Notes: generated from the sequence alone by a model not told the origin. Positions 12,801 to 26,288 are shown, numbered from the whole stretch's first letter. The stretch is 63,952 nt of DNA, filler included, from Octopus bimaculoides (GCF_001194135.2; 7 parts of 7 records of this genome joined end to end with filler, not necessarily neighbours in it), one strand, 5' to 3'. Numbers and translations: made by a program.

Positions 12801-13364
12801 GGTCAGGTGTCAGAAGACCTTTGTCATGTCAAGTTCATTGTGTAGAATATTCTCAACTCTCTCATGGGATATGCTAATAGCATTGGCTATTTGATTTACA
12901 GTCATTCGCCTGTCATCCATGCTCTAACCACTGAGCCATGTACCTTCACACACACACACACATGTACATATTTTCCTCATGTTAAACTGTTAATCCTGAT
13001 ACATTTTTTCTATTTATGTTTTTTCCTCTCTCTTTCGATTTTCTATTTTCTTCTCATCCCTTTCTGTCAAAGACTGTAGGCTCAAAACATCAAAAGCTTG
13101 CCCATTTTTCTCGAGGTCAAACTAATACACCTACTTCTTGTTCCCTCACCTGTCTTTATTTTTTGTACATTGGAACCATTTTGTGTATTTATACACTCTC
13201 ATAAACAAATATTTCCCATCTTATGACTTTTATTATACGTGCGGACCACTGGAAATAAATTATTCTAATAATTTTTACTCTATATTTATATAGTTATATG
13301 TATGTGTGTGTGTGTATGTGTGTGTGTGTGTATACACACACACATACATATATATACATATATA

Positions 13365-15710
13365 TCATCACCATCATCATCATTTAGCATCTGCTTTCCA
13401 TGCTAGCAAAGGTTGGATGATTTGACTGGGGACTGGCGAACCAGATGGCTACACCAGACTCCAATCTAATCTGGCAGAGTTTCTTTCTACAGCTGGATGC
13501 CCTTCCTAACGCGAACCACTCCGAGAGTGTAGTGGGTGCTTTTTACGTGCCACCGGCACGATGGCCAGTCCAGCGATACCGGCAACAGCCATGCTCAAAT
13601 GGTGTTTTTTTACGTGCCACCTGCACAGGAGTCAGTCCAATGTTTTGTTCACATGCCACCGGCACAAGTGCCAGTAAGGCGAAGCTGGAAACGATTGCGC
13701 TCAAATGGTGCTTTTTACGTGCCACTGGCATGGAAGCGAGACCGCTGCTCTGGCAGTGCTCCCGCTCAGATGGTGCTGTTAGCACTCCACTGGCACGGGT
13801 GCCAGTCATCGAATTTGGTTCAGTTTCAATCTCACTTGCCCCAACAGGTCTTCGCAAACTGAGCTTAGTGTCAAATGAAGGAAGGTTGGCATGAGTGCCA
13901 GTCAATGAATTTGGTTCAATTTTCGATTTCGATTTCTCTTGCCTCAACAAGTTTTCGTAAGCAGGGTTTTGTGTCCAAAGAAGGAAAGGTACACATAAGT
14001 GGATTGGCTACACCCCTGGTAAAGGCCACGGGTTATGGTCTCACTTTTCTTGCCGGGTCTTCTCACGCACTGCATATTTCCCGGTCACTAGTCATAGCCT
14101 CAGTGAGGCCTAATGTTCGAAGGTCATGCTTCACCACCTCATCCCAGGTCTTCCTGGGTTTACCTCTTCCACAGGTACCCTCACCGCTAGGCTGTGGCAC
14201 TTTATCACACAGCTATCCTCATCCATTCTCGCTACATGACCATACCGGTGCAATAGTCTCTCTCGCACACCACAGCTGATGCTTCTTAGGTCCAACTTTT
14301 CTCTCAAGGTACTTACACTCTGTCTAGTATTCACACTGACATTACACATCCATCGGAGCATATTGCCTTCATTCCTTGCGAGCTTACGCATGTCCTCAGC
14401 AGTCACAGCCCATATTTTACTGCCATGTAGCATGGCTGTTCGTACACATGCATCAAACAGTCTGCCTTTCACTCTGAGTGAGAGGCCCTTTGTCACCAGC
14501 AGAGGTAAGAGCTCTCTGAACTTTGCCCAAGCTATTCTTATTCTAGCAGCTACACTTTCAGCGCACCCACCCCCCACTACTAACTTGGTCACCCAGGTAG
14601 CGGAAGCTATCAACTATGTCTAGTTTTTCTCCCTGGAATGAGACAGACGTTTTTTTCAGCATATTTACAGTGTTTATTGCACCTGAACATCTGCCACATA
14701 CAAAAACTAACTTCCTAGTTAACATTCCTTTGATATTACTGCACCTCTTATGTGTCCATAGCTTGCACTGGGTACATCTTATAGAGTTTCTACCTACGCC
14801 TTTTCAACAGATCAAGCAGGGCCATCTACCTGAAGTGGTTTGTGTTTTCTCTACCTTTCTACTTACTAGGACTTTGGTTTTAGCTCGGTTGACTCTAAGG
14901 CCCTTCGATTCTAATCGTTGCTTCCACACCTGAAACTTCTCCTCTAGTTCTGATAGTGACTCAGCAATTAGAACAAGGTCGTCAGCATAGAGGAGCTCCC
15001 AGGGGCAACCTGTCTTGAATTCCTCTGTTATTGCCTGGAGGGGGCTGAGGACTGAACCTTGGTGGACCCCTACCTCTACTCGGAATTCTTCACTGTACTC
15101 ATTGCCAACCCTCACCTTACTGACAGCATCCCTGTACATGGCTTGCACAGCTCTCACTAACCAATCATCTATCCCTAGTTTCCTCATTGACCACTAGACC
15201 CTGTCAAAGGCTTTCTCCATGTCAACGAAAGCCAGGTACAGAGGTTTATCTTTCACTAGGTATTTCTCCTGCAGCTGTCTTACCAGAAATCTAGCATCAG
15301 TGGTGCTTTTCCCTGGCACGAACCCAAACTGCATCTCATCTAAACTGACTCTCTCCCTAATTAGCTGGGCTATGACACTCCATGACTTTCATTAACTGAT
15401 CCAACAACTTGATGCCTCTGTAATTATTTGTGTCTAAAGAGTCACCTTTACCTTTGTAGCAGTTGACTATGGTGCTGCTACACCAGTCATTGGGTATGAC
15501 TCTATCATGTATCACCTGGTTAACTATAATGGTTACTAGGCTATAACCGACACTACCAGATATTTTGAACATCTCTGCAGTGATTCCTGATGAGCCGGGG
15601 GCTTTCCCTGTCTTCATACTCTTGATCGATTAATCTACCAAGGTACTGTCAATTAGGATAGCTGGTCCCTCTGTTGGGTTGACATTTGCCAGACTCTCTT
15701 TTTCCCATTC
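13365..15710 (-). mobile_element. 5'-truncated RTE-clade LINE (RT plus 3' UTR with (GAT)n tail)
   Basis: RT motifs GKAPG, NYRGIKLL, QFGFVPGKSTTDA, FVDMEKAFDRV, VGVHQGSVLSP, ELLYADDLVL across frameshifted ORFs 14131-15617; (CAT)n tail at 13365-13383. Confidence 0.93.
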
Positions 15711-15915
15711 ATTCATTCATTCATATATATAATATAAACATATATAATATATATACTCAAGTACCCAAAATATCAAGGAGTTTCTACCTCATAAACAGGA
15801 GTTACACCACAGTTATTTTGTGATCTTTGCTACCCTGGTATCCATTAACCAATTTATTTTGTCTGAGTTATATATTAATTAGGAGAAAATAAATACATAT
15901 AATAAAATATATATA

Positions 15916-16335
15916 TCATCATCATCATCATCATCGTTTAACGTCCGCTTTCCATGCTAGCATGGGTTGGACGATTTGACTGAGGACTGGTGAAACCGGA
16001 TGGCAACACCAGGCTCCAGTCTGATTTGGCAGAGTTTCTACAGCTGGATGCCCTTCCTAACGCCAACCACTCAATGAGTGTAGTGGGTGCTTTTACGTGT
16101 CACCCGCACAAAAACGGCCACGCTGGAAATGGTGTCTTTTATGTGCCACCCGCACAAGCCAGTCCAGGGGCACTGGCAACGATCTCGCTCGAAAATCCTA
16201 CAGGAGCCAGTCAGGCGGTACTGGCAACGGCCACGCTCAAAATGGTGCATCTCATGTGCCACCCGCAAGAGCCAGTCCAGGGGCACTGGCAACGATCTTA
16301 CTTGGCTTGCCGGGTCTTCTCACGCACAGCACATT
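15916..16335 (-). mobile_element. RTE LINE 3' end running into a gap
   Basis: (CAT)n followed by CGTTTAACGTCCGCTTTCCATGCTAGCATGGGTTGG, the same 3' UTR as the neighbouring RTE copies. Confidence 0.85.
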
Positions 16336-17007
16336 NNNNNNNNNNNNNNNNNNNNNNNNNNNNNNNNNNNNNNNNNNNNTTAATTAATTAANNNNNNNNN
16401 NNNNNNNNNNNNNNNNNNNNNNNNNNNNNNNNNNNTATATATATATATACATACATATATGTATATATTTATATATATGTATGTATGTATGTATATCACT
16501 GTATAGTCCAGTCTGCTGTATGTTGTTACACATAATTAGTCACAAAGCTCATCACAGTGTTTTAGCTATCAGATGATGCCACTTTGCTAGCTAAGCAAGC
16601 AAACAAGCCAACAGTCACTCTGAACGGACCACTAATCCATCTGGAAATTGAAAGAACAATCTCACAATCATCAATGCAACAACCTAACCAGTAGGCCACT
16701 TGCCTTCATATATATGCATATGTTTGTGTGAATATCATCATCAACATCAACATTTAACATCCAGTTTCCATGCTGGAATGGGTTGGATTAGGTTGGCAGG
16801 AACTGGCAAAGTCAGGGGCAGCACCAGGTTCCATATATACACACACACATACATATACATTTATATGGCCATCTTCCATGCTATATATATATATACTTCA
16901 AGAAAACTAATATTTCTGAAGAACTCATCCTTATTTTCCTAGTTGTGCCAAAAATGTTGGGCTGATAGATTGGTGAAGTTATCTTAAATATGATTAACAT
17001 CTCACAC

Positions 17008-17109
17008 CTTTTGTGTTCCTATCATTGCTCGTGATACAATAACATCTTTCTGAATAATGTCTTTGAAATATAACTTGACTTGTGCTTTAACTTCTTTCTC
17101 ATGGGCAAT
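17008..17109 (-). CDS. RAD50: RAD50 coding exon 3 (34 codons, phase 0-0)
   Basis: IAHEKEVKAQVKLYFKDIIQKDVIVSRAMIGTQK (human [34 protein letters not shown]). Pyrimidine tract plus CAG acceptor at 17112-17110, GTGTGA donor at 17007-17002. Confidence 0.93.
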
Positions 17110-17835
17110 CTGGAAGGAAAAAAACATCAAACATGTATTAAATAACTGATAGATATCTGAGAAGCTATTTGTTTTGAGTGATACCTCAGAAGTATCATCA
17201 TTATCATTTAATATCCATTTTTCCATGCTTATATGGGTCGGATGGAAAGATTTTTTACAGCTGGAAGTCCTTCCTGTAGCCAACCTTCACTTGTTTCCAA
17301 GTAAGGTAATATTTCCCCATGATTAGATAGGTTTTCCCAGAAGACTAGAAATGAAGGACACTGCTTGCATGATGGGGATATTCATTTACAACTATTACAT
17401 GACATCAAGGCAAGAAGACAGTAGTACACACCCACACATGTGTGCGTGTTTGTGTGAACTTTCAGTTTGTTAAACTATGTTTGTGACATGTTACAACTGC
17501 TAAAGGCAAAATCATTGCAGTTACATTGGAGAAACAAAATTCTCTTTTATGGTGAAAAAGGTGTAAAAACACCACATCTACCTAGTGCTGCCACCTGTCA
17601 GATTCTCAGACATCGATGTTTCTAGCTTTTTAGCCATTATCAATGGCAAATACCTAAAAGAAGCAACTCTGGATAAATCTAATGAAGCCCTGGTGCCAAT
17701 AGACCACCAAGGTCATGAAAATGACAGTAATATCAGTGCCAAGCCATGTTTAGGCATAAACAAACTTTAGGTTAATTTATATATGTTTGTGACATATTTC
17801 AACTGCTAAAGGCAATATATATACATACATATATA

Positions 17836-20110
17836 CCATCATCGTTTAACGTCTGCTTTCCATGCAGGCATGGGTTGGACAGTTTGACTGGAAACTGGTA
17901 AGCCGGGAGGTGGGGGTGGGGGCTGCACCAGGTCCCACTCTGATTTGCAAGGTTTCTACTGCTGGATGCCCTTCCTAACACCAACCTCTCCAAGAGCATA
18001 GTGGGTGCTTTTTACGTGCCACCAGCACGGGTGCCATTGACTCGACACCAGCATTGACCATGACTATGGTCTCACTTGGCTTGACAGGCCAACACAAGCA
18101 TGGTATATCACCAAGGGTATTGGTCACCTGTTACTGCTTCCATGAGGCCCAAAGCTCGATTGGTGCTTTTTACATGCCCTTCAGATGGCTCTGGCATCGG
18201 CCACAACTATGATTTCACTCAGTTTAACAGATCTTCACAAACACAGCATATCGCCCAATGATTAAAGGGTGCTTTTAACTGGCCAGTTGCGCAACACTGG
18301 CATCGGCCATGACTTCAATCTCACTTGGCTTGACATCACTGCCTCCATGAGGCCCAATGCACTAACAGTGCTTTTTATGTGTCACCGGCATGGGTGCCAG
18401 TCAGATGGCACTGGCATCAGCCACGACTACGATTCACTCGATTTGACAGGTCTTTACAAGCACAGCATATCTCTAAAGGTCTCGGTCGCCTGTCATTGCC
18501 TCTGTGAGACCCAATGACTGAAGGGTGCTTTTAATGGGCCAGTTACGCAACACTGGCATCAGCCACGGCTATGATCTCACTTGGCTTGACAGGTCTTCTC
18601 AAGCACAGCATATCTCTAAAGGTCTCGGTCGCCTGTCATTGCCTCTCTGAGACCCAACATTTGAAGATCATGCTTCACCACCTCATCCCATGTCTTCCAG
18701 GGTCTACCTCTTCCACAGGTTCCCTCTACCGGTTGAGTGTGACACTTCTTCACACAGCTGTCCTCATCCATACCAGCATAATCGTCTCTCTTGCATACCA
18801 CATCTGATGCTTCTTATGTGCAACTTTTCACTCAGGCCGCTTACATTCTGTTGTGCATGCACAGACATTACACATCTAGCGGAGCATGCTAGCTTCATCT
18901 CTTACAAGCCTACGCATGTCCTCAGCCGTCACAGCCCATGTTTCACTGCTGTATAGCATGCCTGTTTGCACACAGGCATCATACATGAGAAGCCTTTTGT
19001 TACCTGCAGAGATAGGAGCTCTCAGAACTTTGCCTAGTCTATTCTTATTCTAGCAGCTATGCTCTCAGAGCATCCACCCCTGCTACTGACTTGGTCACCT
19101 AGGTAACGGAAGCTATCAACTACTTTTAGTTTTCCCACCTGGCATGTGATGGAATGTATTTTCTGTACATTTTTGCTGTTTATTGTACCTGTGCACCTTC
19201 CACACACAAAAAATATATTCACTGGTAACTTTCCCCTGACACGTAAAAGCACCCACTACACTCTCTGAGTGGTTGGCGTTAGGAAGGGCATCCAGCTGTA
19301 GAAACTCTGCCAAATCAGACTGGAGCCTGGTGTTGCCATCCGGTTTCACCAGTCCTCAGTCAAATCGTCCAACCCATGCTAGCATGGAAAGCGGACGTTA
19401 AACGATGATGATGATTGCTGCACCTCTTATGTGTCTATAGCTTACACCAGGTACATCTTATGGTGTTTCTATCTACACCTTTTCTACAGATCGAACAGGG
19501 CCATCTACCTGAAGGGATTTATGATTTGTCTGCCTTTCTACTTACTAAGACTTTGGTTTTTGTTAGGTTAACTCTAAGGCCCTTCAATTCTAGACCTGGC
19601 TTCCACTCTTGAAGCTTCTCCTCTAGTTCTGGTAGTGATTCAGCTATAAGAGCAAGGTCATCAGCATAGAGGAGCTCCCAGGGGCAGCCTGTCTTAAATT
19701 CCTCTGTTATCACCTAGAGGACTATGATGAAAATGAGGGAGCTGAGGACTGATCCTTGGTGAACCCCTACTTGTACCCCAAATTTTTCACTATATTTGTT
19801 GCCAACCGTCACCTTACTGACAGCATCCCTATACAAGGCTTGTACAGCTCTCACCAACCACTTGTCTATCCCTAGTTTCCATATTGACCGCCAGATAAGG
19901 GATCAGGGAACCCTGTCAAAGGCTTTCTCCATGTCAGCAAAAGCCAAATACAGAGGTTTATCTTTGGCTAGGTATTTCCCCTGCAACTTTCTTACCAGAA
20001 ATATAGCATCAGTAGTGCTTCTCCCTGGCACAAACCCAAACTGCATTTCATCTAAACTAACTCTCTCTCTAATTAGCTAGGCTATGACCCTCTCTGCGAC
20101 TTTCATCACA
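17836..20110 (-). mobile_element. 5'-truncated RTE LINE in the RAD50 exon 2-3 intron
   Basis: RT motifs QFGFVPGRSTTDAIF, ADMEKAFDRV, GVHQGSVLS, ELLYADDLAL, FRYLG; same family as 13365-15710. Confidence 0.92.
19240..19413 (+). mobile_element. Short RTE 3'-end copy inserted antisense inside the RTE at 17836-20110
   Basis: Near-identical reverse complement of 15930-16100; interrupts RT-coding sequence that is continuous in the paralogue near 14720-14750. Confidence 0.88.
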
Positions 20111-20984
20111 TAGAATTTATTTTGGGGTTTAAAAATGTACCCGAATCTCAAAACATGTAGTCATTTTTAAATTTTGTAATAGATTTATTCAAAATCCACT
20201 CACAAAGTTTTGGTCAGCCTGGGGCTCTAGTAGAAGACACTTTCCCAAGCTATCACACAGTGGGATTGAACCCAAGATCATATGATTAGGAAGTCAATTT
20301 CTTATCACACAACCACACCTGAAGATATTATATCAAGGACGAGAAGAAAATAAGAACTACATGACTACTGTGTTACAAGGGATGAATAAAATGGTTGAAG
20401 TGTTAAGGCAGAGAATCACCAATTCAACACTAAGAATTCGTAGCAGTTCATTCCTTCCTAGGAATTGAACTTTACCCCTTTTGATTTACATCATTTTTAC
20501 AATTATCAATAAAAAACTACTTATGACTAACCATGTCTTCAATAACTTATGACTAATCAACCATTTCCCATTTTACCTGGTTTATTTTGGTGCTGAAATT
20601 ATGGAAAAAAATTAGCTTTTTCAAACTGCCAAAACACAACACAAAACAAATGAAGTGAATTTTTAACCTGTTGTCTAAATCTTAACAAAAAATTAGCTTA
20701 TCAGGCTTTAATGGAATTTGAACTCAGAACGTAAAGCAAGACTAAATGCTGCAAAGCATTTTGTCCAAATTTTGTGCTAATGATTCTGCCAGCTTGCCAC
20801 CTTTTTTGAAAATTAACAATCACACCATGAAAATCTCGAGGCTACAAGATAATGCATGATTAATTCAAAACAGTGTGAATAAATAAGTACTACATTTGAC
20901 AGAGTAATCTGAATGCAAAAGGGTTAAAGTGCTGGAAAGGGTTTGCTTCATCCCTGATGTGTGAAGTATTAACCATTTACTTAC

Positions 20985-21071
20985 CTTTGGATCATGGACA
21001 AAAGCACCATTCGTTTTAGTTCCAGGTGGTAAGTCACCTGTTGTAATATATTTCAAAGATTCTATAATAGT
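20985..21071 (-). CDS. RAD50: RAD50 coding exon 2 (29 codons, phase 0-0)
   Basis: [29 protein letters not shown] (human [28 protein letters not shown]). CAG acceptor at 21074-21072, GTAAGT donor at 20984-20979. Confidence 0.96.
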
Positions 21072-21299
21072 CTGTAAAATAAAACATAAATTAAACGTTA
21101 CTTTCAAATAACAAATAACCTACCATATTAAGTTTGGTATTATATAAATAAAATGATATCAATCTAAACTTTATATTTCATGAAAGAATCAAGAAACTTT
21201 AAATTTTTAAGCATGAGAGAAAGAGCAATATTATGCATTTTTAAACAGCATCAACTAAATAATTAGGCTTCAATATTTCACATAAGAGGAATTAGATGT

Positions 21300-21789
21300 A
21301 GTATGCAAGAGAGAAGACTGTGCTAGTTTGGTCATGTGAAGCAGATGGATGCCAATAGCTCCATAAAGATGTGCTGTTCACTCAAACTGAATGGAACTCA
21401 TGGAAAAGAGAGACCCAGGAAGATATGGAACAAAATACAGAAGGATGACCCCAGAAAAATTAACTTTTCAAATGAAATGACAAAGGACCAAGAGATACCT
21501 GGTGCTTTGTTGTACTCCAAGAAGACCTGTTCTCCACAACAGAAGTGTTAAGGCCACATCCTCTGATGAAGAGGATTGGCCTGCAAGAGCCATGTGCTTG
21601 TACCAAGCACTCATGCCGGTGCCACATTAAAAACACACTGTAAAGTGATTGGCAGTAGGAAGAGCATTGCCATAGAAACCAAGTCAAATCAGACTGGAAC
21701 CTGGAGCAGCTCTCTTGTTGGCCAGCTCTAGTCAAACCGCCCAACCCATGCCAGCATGGAAAACAGACATTAAAGGATGATGATCATGA
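21300..21789 (+). mobile_element. Short degenerate RTE 3' fragment next to the RAD50 exon 1 donor
   Basis: GKERPRKIW motif, RTE-type 3' UTR and GATGAT tail. Confidence 0.7.
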
Positions 21790-21832
21790 TTTTATAGAAA
21801 CAAAATACATAGACAATTCCAAAAATACTCAC

Positions 21833-21961
21833 TGTTTTACCAGTTCCATTCTGTCCTAATATCAAAGTCAAAGGGCAGAAGAACTTTATGACTTGTTTAT
21901 CACTATCATCAGGGCCAAAACTACGTATCCCTTGGATACTCATCTTTATTATTATCGACAT
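21833..21961 (-). CDS. RAD50: RAD50 coding exon 1 (43 codons; exon includes about 18 nt of 5' UTR up to 21979)
   Basis: Translates [43 protein letters not shown], matching the RAD50 N-terminus with Walker A (human MSRIEKMSILGVRSFG...GPNGAGKT). GTGAGT donor at 21832-21827; TTTTCAG acceptor at 21986-21980 upstream of the ATG. Confidence 0.96.
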
Positions 21962-22070
21962 ATTTATTTAGTGCTGGTTCTGAAAATTAATCAGATACAT
22001 TACAATAGTGATAAAGATTAAAGAAAGTAACGTAAAACATAAATATGTTTAAAAATGATTTTGATCCTTA

Positions 22071-22174
22071 TAATTAATAATAATGCTTACTACAACATAT
22101 AAGTAATTAATAATAATGCTTATTACAACATATAAGTAATTAATAATAATGCTTACTACAACATATAAGTAATT
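22071..22174. repeat. 33-bp minisatellite, three copies
   Basis: TAATTAATAATAATGCTTACTACAACATATAAG three times, with one substitution. Confidence 0.95.
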
Positions 22175-23704
22175 GTAAATCTTGCAGACTCATAAACTTA
22201 GGGTTGAGTGCTAAGACTCATAAGATCAGTTTCCCAGTTTCCATGACATATCAATGATGAAGATCACAATATTCTCCTGAAAGGGATGCCAGTTCATTGC
22301 ATCAAGGCTAGCATTTTGAAGAGAAGAGACAAGTCAATTACAATGATCCTGGTACTTGACTGGTACTTTATTTTATCAACCCCAAAAGGATGAAAGGCAA
22401 AGTTGGCATCAGTAGGATATGAACTCAGAACTTGAAGTGTTGGAAGAAATGCTGCTAAGCATTTTGTTTGGTAAGCTAACAATTCTGCCAGTTTACAGCA
22501 TTATAAAATGAAAATATTACCAGTACAATATGCCATGCCATCACTTCCATAGTCATTCTCTATTTATCATTCAACAGCTTCTTCCTTCAACACTGCCATT
22601 AGGAAGGCAGTGCACAAAAAGTTTAATTATTTTGTAAATAACTCAATATCTTACAGGCAAACAAAATTATTTACATTCAGAAAAATTAGCTTAATAAAAA
22701 AAAAATACACCATACTGTATCTTTGAAAAATATAACAAACACAATATCAAAAGTGTTAAGGTTTATTTTATTTCCACCTGATGTTGTGTCTTACACCACT
22801 CAGAAATCCCTCCAAAGTCTACCTTTTCATCACATAATCCAGATTTAAATTCTTTAAATGCTGCTAATACTTTTTTGTAGTACATTTGACTTTTCTTGTT
22901 GGCTCACCATAAAAACCCATAATCAAGACTACTTGATAGTCTGATTACTTCTAATACTTCCAATAGCCTTCCAGATAGGTGAATGCTCATGTCTCCAAAA
23001 TTCTAATTGTCATATAGATTTTTATGAGCCTCTTCATCAATGGTTGCCTGATGGGCATTCCATAACTGTGAAGAAACAAGCAAGGAATTCTCCACAAGCA
23101 CAGTGAAGAAAGATGATGGTTGGATATGGCAACAAATGCAGAATATACAGGTGCAACTGAAATAATCCAATAGGCCACATGGCCCTTCGACATTAAGTGC
23201 AATCACTCACTATCAGACAATCCATCCCACTGGTCATAGGTAGAAAAAACAGTCCATCAAATATTCTATAAAAATGTTCCACTCAATCACCACTCCTGTA
23301 TGCAGTGGTCAGCCCTAAGCTTTGCACTTTTGTATTTTGGATTAGATGATAGAAACAAGATGACAAATGTGGTCACATAAATATAGAAATAGCAAGGATC
23401 ATAGCATGTTCACGGGTAATTTTGCTGACAGAAAGGTGTACACGTGTTAGAGATAGCCCAAAGCGAACTGGGATGATGTATATTGAAATCCATAGTCTTC
23501 ATCACCTGCCATACACACATGTAAATACTCACCATCTTAAAAACACAAATACAATGCAAATGGAAATAACAGAACATGAGCAAAATTCACCATTGGAATT
23601 TGAGACACGTACAAAGAGAAGGGACGTGAAGAAAGTGCATGAGGGTTACACGATAACGTCACAGACTGTTGAAAGAATTTTGACAACTCCCACCTCCAAA
23701 AAAT

Positions 23705-23883
23705 GGTACTACTAAAGCAGCGCGGACCCGAACGCGCAGTCGCGCGTCCGCGCTAGCTAGTCTCGAGTGGTCGATCCTAACCCTAACCCGCGTGTGCAAC
23801 TGAATACGTGTTTAGGGTTAGGGTTAGGATCGACCACTCACGACTAGCTAGCGCGGACGCGCGACCGGGTCTTTAGTAGTACC
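23705..23883. mobile_element. Merlin-like foldback MITE with 8-bp TSD and internal telomeric hexamers
   Basis: TIR GGTACTACTAAAG...CTTTAGTAGTACC; CAAAAAAT at 23697-23704 and 23884-23891; the arms pair almost to the centre. Confidence 0.8.
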
Positions 23884-26288
23884 CAAAAAATAATCAATTT
23901 ATTTAAATAATCTAATTAATTCAAAATAGAATTCAAACGAAAATGAAATGAAAAATCAGACTTCACAAAAAACTTTCCACTTTTAATATATCTGTATTGC
24001 AAGATGTTTTTTTTCCTACATGTAACCCAACTGAACTTTACAAAGAGGAACTATTTGCTATAGCAAGAAATGTGATACATGTGAATCCAAAAACCTTGTC
24101 CTCGGTGATGTTATAGTGCTAATTAATAAAAATGGTTGTCACTATATTCGTTATCAGGAAATTCTAATGTAATAAAAAAAAAAAAGTCCTGTTGAGTGCT
24201 GGATGAAAGTGAAAGCAAATTAGTTACGTACACGGTTAATTTTCTAGTCATTATTTAATTTAAACAACTAGTCTGTGATCAATAATCAAATAGAAGGAAC
24301 AACGAAATGTTGACATTTTCGTCCAACTAAAGACTTGATTTAATCTAAAAACCATTTTTACAAAAAGTATTACTTTTTATATTCGTACATATCACTGTAG
24401 TCGAGGAAAATCTAATGTAGTGCTAAAACAAATTAACGGATCTCCTACTTTGACTGTATGATGACCAAAGATCGCTGGCAACTGCTGTTGCTTGTAAATT
24501 ATGCCATTATAGTACATTTAACAGTGTTCATGATGAATTAATCAATGACACTCCGAAAAAGAAAATTCCTATAAACTTCAATACTGCGCATGAAGTAAAA
24601 CCCAATGAAAAGCGCGCCACTTTTGGATTATCTAATTATAAGAGGAAAATCACTTGTGAGAATTTTTTTAACAATTAAGAATAGACACAAAATATTCTAA
24701 CCAACTACTTTTCGAAAGAGCATTATTTTTTATATTCCATATATATCACTGTAGTCGAGGGAAAATACGATCTGACAAACTTACCAATAAAATGCCCGTT
24801 CCTGCAGAATATCCGAATGAAATGTCAACAACATTCAAGTTCAAAGTTGAAAGTTAGGTATATGTATATTTTTTTTTACTTAGTTTTAACTACTGAATGA
24901 AAGATGAAACGATCATGACGCTTATCAGAGTATTTGTGTAGTTAAAACAATGTTGGTGATATATCAAACCACTAATTAAATAAATTTTAGAATACTTAGA
25001 CACGTGAATAAAACAAACAGAAAATATTTGCTGGTCCTTTTCTAAGGGAAACAACTCTGGTATACTTCTCAATACCACAAAAATAACATGGAGAAAGCAA
25101 TTAGGTTGCGAGGCGATAGTGTCTTTTTAATGAAGGGCATTATACAATATTGGTCAGCGCCATATTAAGACATGGATACACCGGACAGTTGCCCATGGGG
25201 ACATGCAGGTCTGAGTTTCGAATTCTGGTCTATATATATTGTTGCTTACTGTCAATAAATAACTTCTATAAGGCCCTGCTGTTAAGAGAGCCCCAATATT
25301 GGTGTTGATAAATTACTCTTGAAGTATATTATAGACAGCTGTTCTTCAATAATGCCACATAACATGCTTATTTTAATTCTTATATTAAATAACTACAAGT
25401 CAGTCTCTGGAGTTAGCAATGTTAACCGGTTAGTACGGAGGTAGGACAGTGGAAAATTTTGCTCAGTGTCTTTAAGACAGCGACTGCATTACTGTATGCT
25501 TTGACTTCAAATGCCACTGAGTTTCATGAAATAGTTAACCACATATTTTAACTGAAATTAAGTATAGCCTTTTGCTACAAAACTAAGCTATCAGTTTGGT
25601 TTTTTCCCCTTATCTTTTCTGTCTCTGACAAAGAAACAAGTTTCAAAACTTGTCTTTACTCTTCCGGTGAAACCACTTTTGAAGAAAGTATAAACATCAC
25701 AGCCCTATTAATTTTCTGTCTCATACATTTTTAAAGAAAGATTATTAAAACAGTGAGATATTATTTCAGATATTATAATATAGACATCATGATACTTGAT
25801 AGTAATATTAAATTGGGTAGGAGACTACATCCAATGTGTACTTCCTTTTAAAGATTGTAGGTTGTTGATTATAGATAGATTTGGCTGCTATCTTTAGCTG
25901 TTCGAAAGACGGCAGAGAGAATCATCGTTGGCCTGCGGCAATATCTATAATAATGATGATATCGGGCAACAAATCCAGCATTTTTTTTTATCCGGTGCAA
26001 AAGTCAATAGTTTTATTGCTTTTTTAATAATTAATTTACTAATAAGGAAGCTACAGGTTGACCACAGAACAAGCATATATATTGTAACCAAGTGTTACAA
26101 GAAAGAGGAATAATAATAATGGAGGTCATTAAATAGCAGGGTTGTGTCTCAAGGAATCTAAGTAGTCAATTAAATCGAGATAGATCGAAATAAGCAGTAA
26201 AGCTCAGTTGTCTCTGACAATACCAATCACAAATAATAAAAACCAAATATGTTAATGAGGTGGGGAAAAAAATGTAGGAGCGATTATT

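Noticed and set aside
23776-23828. TTAGGG repeats as a telomere or fusion scar
   Set aside because: Only 2-3 units per side and enclosed by TIRs with a TSD, so they are part of a MITE.
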